Notes: a model not told the origin generated them from the sequence alone. A stretch of DNA of 64,000 bases from Calditrichia bacterium (GCA_963777955.1 CAVZSQ010000022.1:320001-384000); one strand, 5' to 3'. Positions 32,668-43,679 are shown, counted from the stretch's first letter. Made by a program: numbers and translations.

Positions 32668-33312
32668 ATGGCCATCTTATTTAAAGCAACCAGGCAATTA
32701 GAATCCCAGATTGATGAATATCTGGATGCGGTAAGTCAGGGGGGCTTGATTTTTATTGAAGCCGTAAAAAATTTTCTGGATAAAAAAGCGGATGATTTTA
32801 AAGACAGGCATAAACTGATTACCGACTATGAACACAAAGCGGATCAATTACGCCGCAGCATTGAAAACCAGTTATATACCCAGACACTGATACCAGAACA
32901 CCGCGGGGATGTATGGGGACTATTAGAGCATACCGACGATGTGCTGGATACCATGAAAGAAACCATCGATCAACTTGATATCGAAAATCCGCAAATCCCT
33001 GCCGGGTTAAATCAACAATTTATCGAATTGACTGTACAGTCAGTACAGGCTGCTGAAGAACTGGTTAAATCTGCCCGTGCTTTCTTCAAGGACGTTAACG
33101 CAGTAAAAGACCACCTGCATAAAGTGTATTTTTATGAAAAGGAAGCGGACCGTATCGGTAGTAATCTTAAACGCCAGGCCTTTCAGATGGATCTGGATCT
33201 GAGCCGGAAATTTCACTTGCGCTACTTTGTGCAAAATATACAGAACGTATCTGATCAGGCTGAGGGGGTAGCCGATCGCCTGATGATTTACACCATTAAA
33301 CGCACCATCTGA
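32668..33312 (+). CDS. DUF47 (PhoU-like) Pit accessory protein
   Basis: Duplicated E..AD motifs (EHKAD, EKEAD); directly upstream of pit. Confidence 0.88.
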   Translation: MAILFKATRQLESQIDEYLDAVSQGGLIFIEAVKNFLDKKADDFKDRHKLITDYEHKADQLRRSIENQLYTQTLIPEHRGDVWGLLEHTDDVLDTMKETIDQLDIENPQIPAGLNQQFIELTVQSVQAAEELVKSARAFFKDVNAVKDHLHKVYFYEKEADRIGSNLKRQAFQMDLDLSRKFHLRYFVQNIQNVSDQAEGVADRLMIYTIKRTI

Positions 33313-33381
33313 TCAATATTCTATGATCATGACTTTTCCGTGACTGTAAAATAATTTAAGCGATGCCCGGGAGATAGAATT

Positions 33382-34875
33382 ATGTTGCTGATCTTTTTGT
33401 CCAGCGGATTATTCATGGGCTGGTCACTGGGAGCCAATGATGCGGCTAATATTTTCGGTACGGCCGTCGGCACCAGGATGATCCGTTTCCGGACTGCGGC
33501 TTTAATTTGCGGATTATTCGTAATCATCGGTGCAGTATTCAGCGGTGCCGGTGCGGCTCATACTCTGGGGGAACTGGGTTCGGTGAATGCCATCGCCGGC
33601 TCATTTATGGTGACCCTGTCTGCGGCAGTCACGGTTTTCTGGATGACCAAATTGGGTCTGCCGGTTTCTACTTCACAGGCCGTGGTGGGAGCAATTATCG
33701 GCTGGAATTTATTCAGCGGTTCAGCCACAGATTACAGTTCCCTGACTAAAATTATTTCGACCTGGATTCTATGTCCGCTGCTGGCGGCGGGTTTTGCCAT
33801 CATCCTGTATTTGATCCTGCGTGGCGGATTGAAAAAATTAAAGATTCATTTATTACGTCTGGATGTATACACCAGGGTGGGTTTGATCATAGTGGGCGCT
33901 TTTGGTGCTTATAGTTTAGGCGCCAATAATATTGCCAATGTTATGGGGGTGTTTGTACCGGTTGCTCCTTTTAACGATCTGGAGTTGTTCGGAATTATAA
34001 AATTTTCCAGTACTGAACAATTATTCTTTCTGGGTGCGGTAGCCATCGCGGTAGGTGCCTATACTTATTCCCGCAAAGTTATGGAAACGGTTGGCGGTAG
34101 TTTATTGAAACTGTCACCGGAAACGGCTCTGGTAGTGGTGCTGGCCGAGTCGCTGGTTCTGTTCCTGTTCTCCTCGGAAGGACTGGAAAGTTTCCTGATC
34201 AATCAGGGATTGCCGTCGATTCCACTGGTACCGGTATCCAGCTCACAGGCAGTAGTGGGTGCGGTGATCGGTATCGGTATCAGCAAGGGTGTAAAGGGAA
34301 TCAAGTACCGTGTAATGGGCGAAATTGTTGCCGGTTGGATCGCCACTCCGATCATTGCGGCTCTATTATCATTTATCTGTCTTTATTTTTTGCAGAATGT
34401 ATTCGATCAGGAGGTCAGCCGTAAAAATGTTTTTCAAATTAACGATCGGGTGATCGAACAACTGCAAAAGCAGAATATCTCCGACCCGGGGTTGCTTGAA
34501 TTGAAGGACAAAGAATTTACCAACTCCACACATTTTCAGACTCAGTTAAGACAGAAGACAAAATTGGATTCTGACCAACGGCGCAAAATATTTGCAGTTT
34601 CTAAACATGAATATTACGATATCTCTGTGGCCATCATTAACGAAAAAATTGATCGCACCTGGTTTTCCCGGGCGCAACTGCTTTCACTGGATTCGCTCAG
34701 CGGGAAAAATTTTGATTACAGCTGGCAGTTATGGAATGAACTGGAGAAACTTTCCAGCGAGTGGAAATTTAAACCGGATCTGGCCGAAAACAGGTTATAT
34801 AATAAAAATCTCCGGGTCAAACGGGAATTTGTGTCCAGAATTTTCCGGATCGAAAATCCTGTTCTGGAAGAGTAG
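33382..34875 (+). CDS. pit: PiT-family inorganic phosphate transporter with C-terminal soluble extension
   Basis: GANDAAN/GANNIAN and PVSTSQ/PVSSSQ signature repeats. Confidence 0.9.
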   Translation: MLLIFLSSGLFMGWSLGANDAANIFGTAVGTRMIRFRTAALICGLFVIIGAVFSGAGAAHTLGELGSVNAIAGSFMVTLSAAVTVFWMTKLGLPVSTSQAVVGAIIGWNLFSGSATDYSSLTKIISTWILCPLLAAGFAIILYLILRGGLKKLKIHLLRLDVYTRVGLIIVGAFGAYSLGANNIANVMGVFVPVAPFNDLELFGIIKFSSTEQLFFLGAVAIAVGAYTYSRKVMETVGGSLLKLSPETALVVVLAESLVLFLFSSEGLESFLINQGLPSIPLVPVSSSQAVVGAVIGIGISKGVKGIKYRVMGEIVAGWIATPIIAALLSFICLYFLQNVFDQEVSRKNVFQINDRVIEQLQKQNISDPGLLELKDKEFTNSTHFQTQLRQKTKLDSDQRRKIFAVSKHEYYDISVAIINEKIDRTWFSRAQLLSLDSLSGKNFDYSWQLWNELEKLSSEWKFKPDLAENRLYNKNLRVKREFVSRIFRIENPVLEE

Positions 34876-34977
34876 TCGTTCTAAAAAAGATCGTAACGAA
34901 AATTCCTCCGTTACGGGAAATAGATCAGGACATTCGTCCCATTTCAGCCGGGGAGGATGGATATCCTTTTTTATTAC

Positions 34978-35003
34978 TCGTGCGGCATAAATATACCGCA
35001 CGA
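34978..35003. terminator. Hairpin between convergent pit and copA
   Basis: TCGTGCGG-cataaatata-CCGCACGA. Confidence 0.5.
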
Positions 35004-35011
35004 TCGAGGTG

Positions 35012-37276
35012 TCAATTTAATGTTATTTTTTTAATACGTAAACTGTTGGTAACTACGGTCACGCTGCTGAAAGCCATGGCCAGGGCGGCCAGGATGGGAT
35101 GCAATGTGCGTAGAAAAGAAGGCAAAAAAGACAGGGAATAAAATACACCGGCGGCTACGGGGATCAGGATCAGATTATAGAAAAAAGCCCAGAACAGATT
35201 TTGCCTGATTATGCGCATGGTTGCTTTACTCAACTCCAGAGCCTGCCGGACGCCTGTTAGACTGCTATTCATCAAAGTTATCTCTGCCGTCTCCATGGCA
35301 ATATCGGTACCCCGGCCCATGGCCATACCGACATCAGCACGGGCCAGTGCCGGGGCATCATTGATCCCGTCACCGACCATAGCCACCAGACCCTTGCTCT
35401 GGTTTCTTATCTGGTCAACCAGATCGGCTTTTTCAGCAGGTAATACTCCGGCATATATGTTACTAATCCCCGTTTTATGAGCAATCGATTCGGCGGTAAT
35501 CCGGTTATCGCCGGTCACCAGGCTGAGTTGATAATTTTCCTTGACGAGTTGCGAGATAGCCGGGATCGCATCTTCCTGCAATGGATCAGTTAAGGCAATT
35601 AGACCGCCCAGTTGACGGTCCACAGCTATCCAGACCACCGTTTTCGCTTCATGCTCCATTTGTACCGCTGCAGCAATCAAATTTTCGGTGGCAATACCCT
35701 GCTGGAGTAAAAATGATTCTTTACCGATTACAATTCTATGATTTTCGATCTCAGCAGTAATTCCAAATCCCGAATAAGATTCAAAAGAATCGGGATTGCT
35801 CAATTTGATATTCTGCAACTCTGTGACCCGAACAATCGCTTCGGCCAGTGGATGCTGTGAACCTTTTTCCGCCGAGGCTGCCCAGTACAATAACTGCTTT
35901 TCATCGAACCCGGTTTTATCCGCGACCAGTACCTCAGTGACGACTGGTTTACCCATGGTGATTGTACCGGTTTTATCCAAAACAATGTGCGATACTTTTT
36001 CGGCCAGATCCAGTGCTTCACTATTCTTAAATAATATACCCAGCTGGGCACCACGGCCGCTAGCTACCACAATTGCAGTCGGTGTTGCCAGACCAAGGGC
36101 ACAGGGACAGGCGATAACCAGAACAGCTACCAGACGTAGAATTGCCGTGGTGAAATCTCCGCTGAGTATCCACCAGAACAGAAAAACCATGACAGCGATC
36201 AGGATAACGATCGGAACAAAGATGGCCGATACCTTATCGGCTAATTTCTGGATCGGCGCCTTACTGGCCTGGGACTGTTCCACCAGTTTTATGATCTGGG
36301 CCAGTATGGTCTCGCTGCCGAGTTTAGTGGTCCTCATTTTAAGCAGACCATTTTTATTGATCGTGGCGCCAAAGACCTGGTCACCGCTTTTTTTCTCCAC
36401 CGGCATGCTTTCACCGGTCAGCATGCTTTCATCAACAGCTGCCGAACCTTCAACTATGATACCGTCAACCGGAATTTTTTCACCGGGACGGATAATAACC
36501 ATATCGCCGGCCGTCAATTCCCGCAGCGGAACATCGACCTCCTGTCCGGCACGTAATACCCGGGCAGTTTTAGGCTGTAAATGCATCAGTTTTTTGATCG
36601 CCTGGCTGGTTTTACCCTTAGCCTGTGCTTCAAGCAATTTACCCAATTTTATCAGGGTGATGATTAGCGCCGCTGTTTCGAAATAAACATGATGTCCAAA
36701 ATCATGAACCTGTAAGGAAATGGCCATTGTTACAATCAAACTGTAGATATAGGCCACCGAGGATCCCATGGCTACCAGCACATCCATGTTGGCGGAACGA
36801 TTTCTCAATGATTTATATGCACCGCGGTAATAATCGCTGCCCACATAGAATTGCACCGGAGTGGCCAGCAGGAACATGAACCATAAAGACCAGGTCTGAT
36901 CTGCCCAGGCACCCAGAATTTGAAAGTCTCTCAACATGCTGAAAATAAAAAGCGGCAGGGCAAAAAATACACCGGTCCGGAATTTTCTGGTTTGAATATG
37001 CAGTTCCCGGTCTCTGGCTTGTTGTTCTATATCCGCGGACTCATCTTCCGCGCCGCGTGTATCGATAACGTCATACCCGGCCTGACGGATAGCGGTAACT
37101 ATTTGCGGGTAGTCAACCTGGTCGGGAATATAAGTAATAGTTGCTTTTTCCGTGGCCAGATTTACTGCAGCCCGGACAATGCCTGCAGTCTTTTTAGTTA
37201 AAACCCGTTCAATAGTGCTGGCACAATTAGCACAGGTCATTCCACTGATGGGCAGGGTAATCTCTTTTTCAGCCAT
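35012..37276 (-). CDS. copA: Cu(I)-exporting P1B-1 ATPase
   Basis: [38 protein letters not shown] and MAFSS. Confidence 0.95.
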   Translation of the reverse strand: MAEKEITLPISGMTCANCASTIERVLTKKTAGIVRAAVNLATEKATITYIPDQVDYPQIVTAIRQAGYDVIDTRGAEDESADIEQQARDRELHIQTRKFRTGVFFALPLFIFSMLRDFQILGAWADQTWSLWFMFLLATPVQFYVGSDYYRGAYKSLRNRSANMDVLVAMGSSVAYIYSLIVTMAISLQVHDFGHHVYFETAALIITLIKLGKLLEAQAKGKTSQAIKKLMHLQPKTARVLRAGQEVDVPLRELTAGDMVIIRPGEKIPVDGIIVEGSAAVDESMLTGESMPVEKKSGDQVFGATINKNGLLKMRTTKLGSETILAQIIKLVEQSQASKAPIQKLADKVSAIFVPIVILIAVMVFLFWWILSGDFTTAILRLVAVLVIACPCALGLATPTAIVVASGRGAQLGILFKNSEALDLAEKVSHIVLDKTGTITMGKPVVTEVLVADKTGFDEKQLLYWAASAEKGSQHPLAEAIVRVTELQNIKLSNPDSFESYSGFGITAEIENHRIVIGKESFLLQQGIATENLIAAAVQMEHEAKTVVWIAVDRQLGGLIALTDPLQEDAIPAISQLVKENYQLSLVTGDNRITAESIAHKTGISNIYAGVLPAEKADLVDQIRNQSKGLVAMVGDGINDAPALARADVGMAMGRGTDIAMETAEITLMNSSLTGVRQALELSKATMRIIRQNLFWAFFYNLILIPVAAGVFYSLSFLPSFLRTLHPILAALAMAFSSVTVVTNSLRIKKITLN

Positions 37277-37289
37277 AGGAGCAGGATAA

Positions 37290-37496
37290 TTATTCCCGGG
37301 GTGGATAATTGATTCCTTTCAGCAGGGCAACAATGTTCGGCCAGTTTTTTTCATTGTCCCACTCGATTTCGACTTCCTTGCTGCTAAGGTTGGCGCGTAC
37401 TGAGGCAATATACGGTAATCTTGAAAGTTCGGATTCAATGGTATGAACACAATGTACACAATTTATATTAGGAACTTTGACAGTCCTTTTTTCCAT
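37290..37496 (-). CDS. copZ: Copper chaperone (HMA domain)
   Basis: 68 aa, NINCVHCV motif, directly upstream of copA. Confidence 0.85.
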   Translation of the reverse strand: MEKRTVKVPNINCVHCVHTIESELSRLPYIASVRANLSSKEVEIEWDNEKNWPNIVALLKGINYPPRE

Positions 37497-37538
37497 AACA
37501 TCCTCATGGTTATATTCTTTCTGCTAAAAAGAACCAAA

Positions 37539-38564
37539 TTACTCTTCAATTTGTTCCCTGATATATTGCAGAATAGTGGGTAACGCAGGAACAGCAAACC
37601 AGCGGCGTTGGGTGATCTCATTGCAGGTGGACTGATACAGATGGCCGATCAATTCGAACAGCCGTTTGGGTAATTTGGGTGGCTGAGACGCGACATGTGT
37701 TTTCCAGTTGACGCGGTCTTTGGTTTTTGCCGCTTCCAGATCTTTGAACCATGGAGTTTTCCGGTAATAAATACGGGCAACTTCTTTGCTTACCGGAATA
37801 CCGTCCGAAGTAAAACGGCATTCGTCGGGAGTGCCCAGCACATCGACCAGCATCAGGTTGCGATTCGTATCGAAAGCAAATTCAACCTTGCCGTCTTCAT
37901 TAAATAATCCCACTGCTTTGGTTTGTTTGCTGATCAGGTCATTGATCAGACGTGTGGTGGTCTGAAGTTTTTCAAGTTCTGCTTCACTCATACCTGAAAT
38001 TTGCGCGGCTTCAGCCCAGGAAAGATAACGATCGGTGGCCTCCAGTTTGGTTGAACAATCAAGCACGGGAGAAGATAGGACGGTATTGGGTTCAGGCATC
38101 TGCTGCAAACCAAGATCGGCCAGCGACAGGCTGCCGTTTTGCAGTCGTTTGAATACACTTGATCCGGCCGGCAGAGAGTTGCGGTAGATTACTTCCAGTG
38201 GAATCAAACAATTAGCCGGTTTAGAACGGTATAGCGAATAATCGTAGGTGGTTTTATCCGTTTTTGGTTTTAAGATCCGGACCAGTGAAACTTGCATCAC
38301 ACCGGAAGGTTGCTTCAATTGGGCCAGATGTTTGACCGTTCCGTCTTCGACCAATCCCTGATAGTGAGTGGTGATACCCATTTTCTCAAGTTTCTCAAAA
38401 AAGAAGGCTCCTAAAATGCATAAGGACTTTCCTTTGTCTTTGATCAGGTCGGGCATTTCACCCCAATCAAAAACCGAATAACGGTCTGAGAAATAAAATT
38501 GACCGATACCGCTCTCTTTTTCATCGACCGGCTTTATGATTTTTAAATCTTTTACACTACCCAT
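37539..38564 (-). CDS. purC: SAICAR synthetase (long MGSVKD type)
   Basis: FSDRYSVFDWG, IPLEVIYRN, STKLE..D, DGKVEF, VDVLGTPDECRF, SKE. Confidence 0.88.
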   Translation of the reverse strand: MGSVKDLKIIKPVDEKESGIGQFYFSDRYSVFDWGEMPDLIKDKGKSLCILGAFFFEKLEKMGITTHYQGLVEDGTVKHLAQLKQPSGVMQVSLVRILKPKTDKTTYDYSLYRSKPANCLIPLEVIYRNSLPAGSSVFKRLQNGSLSLADLGLQQMPEPNTVLSSPVLDCSTKLEATDRYLSWAEAAQISGMSEAELEKLQTTTRLINDLISKQTKAVGLFNEDGKVEFAFDTNRNLMLVDVLGTPDECRFTSDGIPVSKEVARIYYRKTPWFKDLEAAKTKDRVNWKTHVASQPPKLPKRLFELIGHLYQSTCNEITQRRWFAVPALPTILQYIREQIEE

Positions 38565-38771
38565 ACGTTTGCCCTCTTAAAATTATTTTATACGCCGTTT
38601 ATAATCCTTATTACTAAAATTTAGTGAATTCTGTGGTAATCAGGAAGATAAAAATTACTAGAGAATATTTAGGAGAATACGGAATTTCTGGTACACGGAT
38701 AATGTTATTATTATTTTCTGAAACTTGTGCTCATATTTCACGTATGGAAAAGTTAAAGACAGGAGAACAGG

Positions 38772-38933
38772 ATGAAGACACTGATTATTGGTTTACTGAT
38801 AGCGGTTTATGTGATACCGTTTGTTTACATGTTTGTTGCTGACCTGGCTGATATTTACAAGCGACTGGTCGAAGTATTTTCACTTAAATTAAAACCGGCC
38901 ATGGTAGTATTAGTACGTTCATTTATCGATTAA
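38772..38933 (+). CDS. 53-aa single-TM small protein (below ORF-track cutoff)
   Basis: AGGAG RBS; MKTLIIGLLIAVYVIPFVYMFVADLADIYKRLVEVFSLKLKPAMVVLVRSFID*; terminator follows. Confidence 0.65.
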   Translation: MKTLIIGLLIAVYVIPFVYMFVADLADIYKRLVEVFSLKLKPAMVVLVRSFID

Positions 38934-38967
38934 ACAATCATTACATATCCTCCATACAATCCTCGTA

Positions 38968-38998
38968 AGCCCTTTAAATATTTTTTAAAGGGCTTTTT
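38968..38998. terminator. Terminator hairpin between convergent genes
   Basis: AAGCCCTTTAAA-tattt-TTTAAAGGGCTT followed by T-run. Confidence 0.75.
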
Positions 38999-39023
38999 AA
39001 TTTAATCCCCGGTTTATTCAGGT

Positions 39024-40202
39024 TTAAAATGCAGAAACCAAGCCCAGGGAAAAGACCGGTTTTTCAGTAGTCAGGTTATAAGTGAACTCGCCGAGCAAGC
39101 GGACATTCCGGGCAGTCATATGACTTATACTCAGGGTTGCTGTTTCGTAATCTATATTATCATCATCGCTTTCGATCCGGTTATATAACAGAGTGTAAAG
39201 AAAACGCGATCGGTCGGCCTGGGGCATAAAAGTGAATTCGGCAAAACCACCCTGGGTTTTCACCTTGGAGCCTTTCGCTGCCAGAAAAGCGGGATTATCA
39301 TCCTCACGGTATAAGTACTGCGTATTTAATTCCCAGGTGTCGGTGCCGATAGTGAAATCGGGACCATAAATAAGAACCTGATTCCTGGTCACCAGGCTAT
39401 CACCGTCTGTTTCTTTGGCGGTTTCGGCAAATACACCGGCCCGGATTAAACCCAGGTCCTGGCTGGCACGAACCACCAGGTTTTTATTATTATCAAAATC
39501 AAATATTTTATTTTCATCGGCAGGTTTTATGCCGTTACCGTTGACAATTTCGGCGAAAAGGTCCAGTCCGAAATCAAAACCATAGGCTAACATTACACCG
39601 CGGTCATAGGTTAATTTGGTTTCGGATAAACCCGGGGTGGCTTTGTAGATATGATAGTCCTCCAGGGTCAGGCGCAGTTCGCGTTTAAACAACGGATCAC
39701 AAACCTGAAACTGGCCAACCATGACATCCAAGTCCGATCCGGCGATATCATTGAAATGCAAATACGCATCCTCCAGTCCGGCAATCTCGCCCTGCTCGTA
39801 CAGATAAAAATAAAAATAATAGGATATACTTTTGGTAATTGGCCCACCGCTTAAGAGTTTAATTCCGAACGGTGATTCGAAATCCACCTTGCCATTTTCC
39901 CGGTCGGCCACCTGGGCATAGGCATCGAAACGGACCGCCAGCGGCAGATCCCGCGGCAGTTGTAAGGTCTCATCGCCGGTCTCCAGGTAGTACCGTTGCG
40001 GTTCCTGACCTTCCGGAATTTTAAAACCATTCATGGCGAACTGGTCGCCATATTCTTTCAGTTTGGGTACGGCCACGTGACAGGTACTGCAGGAAAATTT
40101 GTATTTGCGGGCAAAAGCGGGAATAGCGATGGCCTGCCGGACCGGCAATGCTAACAGTACTATGCTGATCAGAATTGTATAAGAAATATTTTTACGCCAC
40201 AT
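39024..40202 (-). CDS. Cyc2-like monoheme cytochrome c-porin fusion
   Basis: Signal peptide, then PAFARKYKFSCSTCHVAVPKL (PxFAR[Q/K]-CxxCH-PxL), followed by amphipathic beta-strands ending in Phe. Confidence 0.8.
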   Translation of the reverse strand: MWRKNISYTILISIVLLALPVRQAIAIPAFARKYKFSCSTCHVAVPKLKEYGDQFAMNGFKIPEGQEPQRYYLETGDETLQLPRDLPLAVRFDAYAQVADRENGKVDFESPFGIKLLSGGPITKSISYYFYFYLYEQGEIAGLEDAYLHFNDIAGSDLDVMVGQFQVCDPLFKRELRLTLEDYHIYKATPGLSETKLTYDRGVMLAYGFDFGLDLFAEIVNGNGIKPADENKIFDFDNNKNLVVRASQDLGLIRAGVFAETAKETDGDSLVTRNQVLIYGPDFTIGTDTWELNTQYLYREDDNPAFLAAKGSKVKTQGGFAEFTFMPQADRSRFLYTLLYNRIESDDDNIDYETATLSISHMTARNVRLLGEFTYNLTTEKPVFSLGLVSAF

Positions 40203-40230
40203 ATCTGATTACCTCCCCATTATCTCTGAT

Positions 40231-41596
40231 TTAGTCGACTATGGTGAAATAGGTTTCGCTTTTATTGATCAATTGGCTTTCCATTTCTTCTGCCGGGACA
40301 CCCAGAAATTCACCAACCGATTTGACCAGTTTACGATAATTAATTTCGGCCACACAACGTACTTTTCCCAGAGCAATATCATCCGGAACCTGCCAGGTAA
40401 AAGTTTCAATTTTGGTTTCCCGCGGACCTACCCGGTAATCGACCCCCTGTGATTTGGTATTCCACTGGGCGATGGTCAGGCGTCCCTGCGGATCAAAATA
40501 GGGCAAGCGGAAAACCCGGTCGCCTTCATAGGGCAGAGCATCGCGGGCTACACCGTTGAAATCAGGCAAATCCATCATCATGCCCATATCCTGGTAAGCC
40601 GGTTCATTGCTGGAAATTGTATATTCTTCCCCGGCGAATCCTTTTTTATCAACCGGCAAATGGTAACTTTTTCCCTGAGCATCGTAAGCCGTAACGGTTA
40701 ACCATAATTGTCTCTCTTCTGCCGAACCGGATGGTACCTTGTGTCCGGCTTTATGATTAAATACCTGGGCAGTCAGAATTATCTTTTCGCCGGGTTCAAT
40801 TTCACGCGTATCGGGCTGGATTAATACCTCAATAGTTCCCCGTAATTTTGCTTCCGAGTGAGCACCATGAAATAGGTGCTGAGTGACATCGGGATAGGTC
40901 CTGGACAATTTTGAATTCTTGGCTTCGGCTTTGGGCATATGGCAATCATGACAGCGCACCCCTTCTTTGGCATAAGGTCCGGCTTTCCATTCCAGCTGGG
41001 TTGACTTAACCCATATCCCGTAGGGGCTTTTCTCATTATGGCAATTGCCGCAGAATTCAGTGGTGCTGATAAAATCGCTTTTATTAGTAACGTGGTGCGG
41101 CGATTCCACCCCTTCGCGATTGCCGTTTTTGGTTCTGCCCGGCTGGATAGTGAAACTAAAATTATAAGGGGTATCCCCTTTCAGGCCGGTGATAGTATGG
41201 CACACATCGCAGGAGACACTTTCATTTGCCCGGGATTGCTGCTCCGGTAAAGGCGGGGGAACATCTCCGGCGATGAAAGCAATGGGAGTATGGCAGCCAT
41301 TGCAGCCCGCCTTTACTCCAGCCACCAGCGGATCTTTCCCGGCATGCGGGACAGCCAATTTGAAATATTCGATTTCGTCCCAGTGGTGGGTGTACGATTG
41401 CGACATCATCGCCTGCTGCCACTGCATGTAGAAATCGACGTGGCAGGAACCGCATACCTGCGGTTTTTCAAACTGGTCATACGAACCGGTTCCAAGCAGC
41501 TCATCACCTGCCGGCTGCGCCTGGCCGAATCCGATCATCAGCAGGAAGATTAAACAAAGCAGGGTGAAGGAAATTAGTAATTTTACGTTTGATCAT
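40231..41596 (-). CDS. Secreted pentaheme cytochrome c; frameshift in the signal peptide near 41582
   Basis: Five CxxCH motifs: CGSCH, CNGCH, CDVCH, CGNCH, CHDCH. ATG 41596 gives MIKRKLLISFTLLCLIFLLM if one A is removed. Confidence 0.88.
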
Positions 41597-41805
41597 AAAA
41601 CCCCCCTGGTTGATAAGTTAATAGCCTACAATCATTCAAAAACAGTTTATGACAAAAAAATACCGACTGTTTTACAGATGTAGTGTATGTGACAAATTTA
41701 ACTATTTTATAGAATACAGGAAATTATTATTCTAAGGCAGGTTTTGCGGGTATTCTATAATTTAAATTTTCATTCCTTTATGTTTCTAATCCCGGTCTCA
41801 GCTGA

Positions 41806-42993
41806 TTAAAAATACCAGTTTAATAAAACAGCCATATTGCCTGATTTGTAATTATACCAGTAACTATTCGAATTATTATATAACCATTGATATAGCAATT
41901 CAATGTTCAATATCATTTCTCCAACCATAAAATTTTTCTGTAAACTGATACTTAGATATTTATTATTGTCAACCCTGAATACACTGTCACTATAAGCCAA
42001 CTCAGAAGTATAAATACCCTGGGTGGTATAATTTTTGTCCCCGAAATCGTAACCAATTTTCAGCATAGACTGGAAGGGCAGAAGTTGGGTGAACTCCGAA
42101 TGCACGGATTGCAATTCATAACCGAGGGGATCGTCAAAAATTGCAGATTCATCGTTGTAATCATATATAACGCCGGTAATGGAACGGTTATATCCGCTGA
42201 GTGAAATCCAGCGCAGATATTGAACGGCTACCCCGGTTTTAGAAAACACCGATTGGGCCAGGCGAATCCAGAGTTGCGTTTGGGCCGAATAGGGTGTTTC
42301 TTCGCTGGTATAAATTTGATATGATCCACTTGATCCGCCGGTCCCACCGCCGAATCCGCCGCCATATCCTCCGTCCTTAATGGATAAAACAGGATAGAGT
42401 GATAATTGCGGAGTTTCGGTAGTGACCGAATAAGGATAATATTTATAAGAAATTCCCACTCCGCTGATTATGGTAGTACGAGTTGGTAAACTTTTGCGTA
42501 TCTGAAAATCTGCGTGGGCAAAGTAGTTATTTATATCCTTTAATTGCGGATAGTAATTGTAGATAAAACTACCCGACCCGGATAATGTAAATAATCTGAA
42601 TTTGAATTGATAATCAACTGAAACGCCTGCTGCTGTCTGGTTATATAAGTCATAATCTGTCCCGTTGAAACTTTCATCCAGGGAAAGACTCCAGTTTACC
42701 TTTTCACTTGTCCCAAAAACGGAAAACTGATGCCAGTAAAAATTACGTTCCATCAATCTGTCAAATCTGGTAAAACTACCTTCATAACTCAGTGATACTT
42801 TGCTGAAATCGTACTGCAAACCCAGATCGAATGTAGAAATCCAGTTGGCTTCCGGTTCAATCAGCCGGAAGGGATTAGCATCATAAGCATGGCTGATTCC
42901 GCTCTGGACCTGAATCTGGGCTATAATAGAATAATGAGGTAGATTGACAATCGTGAAGAATAAAATCATCTTAAGCACTAAATGGTTTTTCAT
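41806..42993 (-). CDS. Putative outer-membrane beta-barrel protein
   Basis: Signal peptide, aromatic-rich alternating strands, Gly-rich loop GGYGGGFGGGTGG, C-terminal LNWYF. Confidence 0.7.
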   Translation of the reverse strand: MKNHLVLKMILFFTIVNLPHYSIIAQIQVQSGISHAYDANPFRLIEPEANWISTFDLGLQYDFSKVSLSYEGSFTRFDRLMERNFYWHQFSVFGTSEKVNWSLSLDESFNGTDYDLYNQTAAGVSVDYQFKFRLFTLSGSGSFIYNYYPQLKDINNYFAHADFQIRKSLPTRTTIISGVGISYKYYPYSVTTETPQLSLYPVLSIKDGGYGGGFGGGTGGSSGSYQIYTSEETPYSAQTQLWIRLAQSVFSKTGVAVQYLRWISLSGYNRSITGVIYDYNDESAIFDDPLGYELQSVHSEFTQLLPFQSMLKIGYDFGDKNYTTQGIYTSELAYSDSVFRVDNNKYLSISLQKNFMVGEMILNIELLYQWLYNNSNSYWYNYKSGNMAVLLNWYF

Positions 42994-43030
42994 CTTAATA
43001 CCTGTTCGCCATAATTATTGGTTGAAAGTT

Positions 43031-43459
43031 TTACCGGCCTTTACCCTTGCGTTGCTGTTTGCCTGTCCCGTCCTGTGGCTGGAGTCCTGATTTTTGACCC
43101 TTCTTTTGTCTTTTCTGCAATTTCTTTTCTTTTCCCTGCTGCACCAGGCGGTCATCGATACCGTCTCCATCAGCATCGACAAATTCCTCCTCCTGACCCT
43201 GTTGTTGCAGAGCTTTATAATCAGGATCCAGTCCATTGGGTATGCCATCACCATCATGGTCAGGGGCATTGTCGTTGTAACCGTCACCATCTTTGTCCAC
43301 AAAATTATGCTGCTCGCGATTGCGTTCCTGATTTTGCTGTTGTACCTGTTTCTCCGTAGTAATATCTTTTTTAGTCGAATCCTGGGCTGAAACTGAATCG
43401 GTAATTAACCAGCACCCGGCTATCATGCTGATATATCCTAAAATTTTCGCGACCTTCAC
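43031..43459 (-). CDS. Secreted Gln/Lys-rich protein with DxDGDG (Ca-binding-like) repeats
   Basis: FVDKDGDGYND, DHDGDGIPN, FVDADGDGIDD, tail PQDGTGK; AGGAG RBS, GTG start. Confidence 0.8.
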   Translation of the reverse strand: MKVAKILGYISMIAGCWLITDSVSAQDSTKKDITTEKQVQQQNQERNREQHNFVDKDGDGYNDNAPDHDGDGIPNGLDPDYKALQQQGQEEEFVDADGDGIDDRLVQQGKEKKLQKRQKKGQKSGLQPQDGTGKQQRKGKGR

Positions 43460-43497
43460 TTTTCAACTCCTCTTAAATAATTCCGAATAAATTTAAT

Positions 43498-43512
43498 ACA
43501 ATCTTCATGCCA
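43498..43512 (-). promoter_or_regulatory. Putative sigma54 promoter
   Basis: Minus strand TGGCATGAAGATTGT; exact IHF consensus match TATCAATCAATTA at 43530-43542. Confidence 0.7.
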
Positions 43513-43587
43513 GAAATAAGCTTTATTTTTAATTGATTGATATTATTGGTTTTAGTCGAATGATAGTTTTAGATAGTTCTTTTAAAT

Positions 43588-43624
43588 ACGACCTGATAGA
43601 CGAGGAGTTAGTCATTTTAGTCGA
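43588..43624. promoter_or_regulatory. Putative tandem activator sites (UAS)
   Basis: ACGAC-N6-GACGA and TAGTC-N6-GTCGA, starts 21 bp apart. Confidence 0.5.
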
Positions 43625-43655
43625 AAAAAAAAGACCTCTCCGTGGAGAGGTCTTT
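43624..43655 (-). terminator. Intrinsic terminator
   Basis: Minus strand AAAGACCTCTCC-ac-GGAGAGGTCTTT followed by a T-run. Confidence 0.85.
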
Positions 43656-43679
43656 CCGGTTGGTAAAGGGTAAGAGTTG

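Noticed and set aside
35796..36686. 296-aa plus-strand ORF, and other long antisense ORFs (5159, 7768, 23600, 31148)
   Set aside because: They lie antisense to well-supported genes and show no recognisable motifs.
41686..41703. Rex-like operator ATGTGACAAATTTAACTA upstream of the pentaheme gene
   Set aside because: Four mismatches to TTGTGAA-N4-TTCACAA in AT-rich DNA is not distinguishable from chance.
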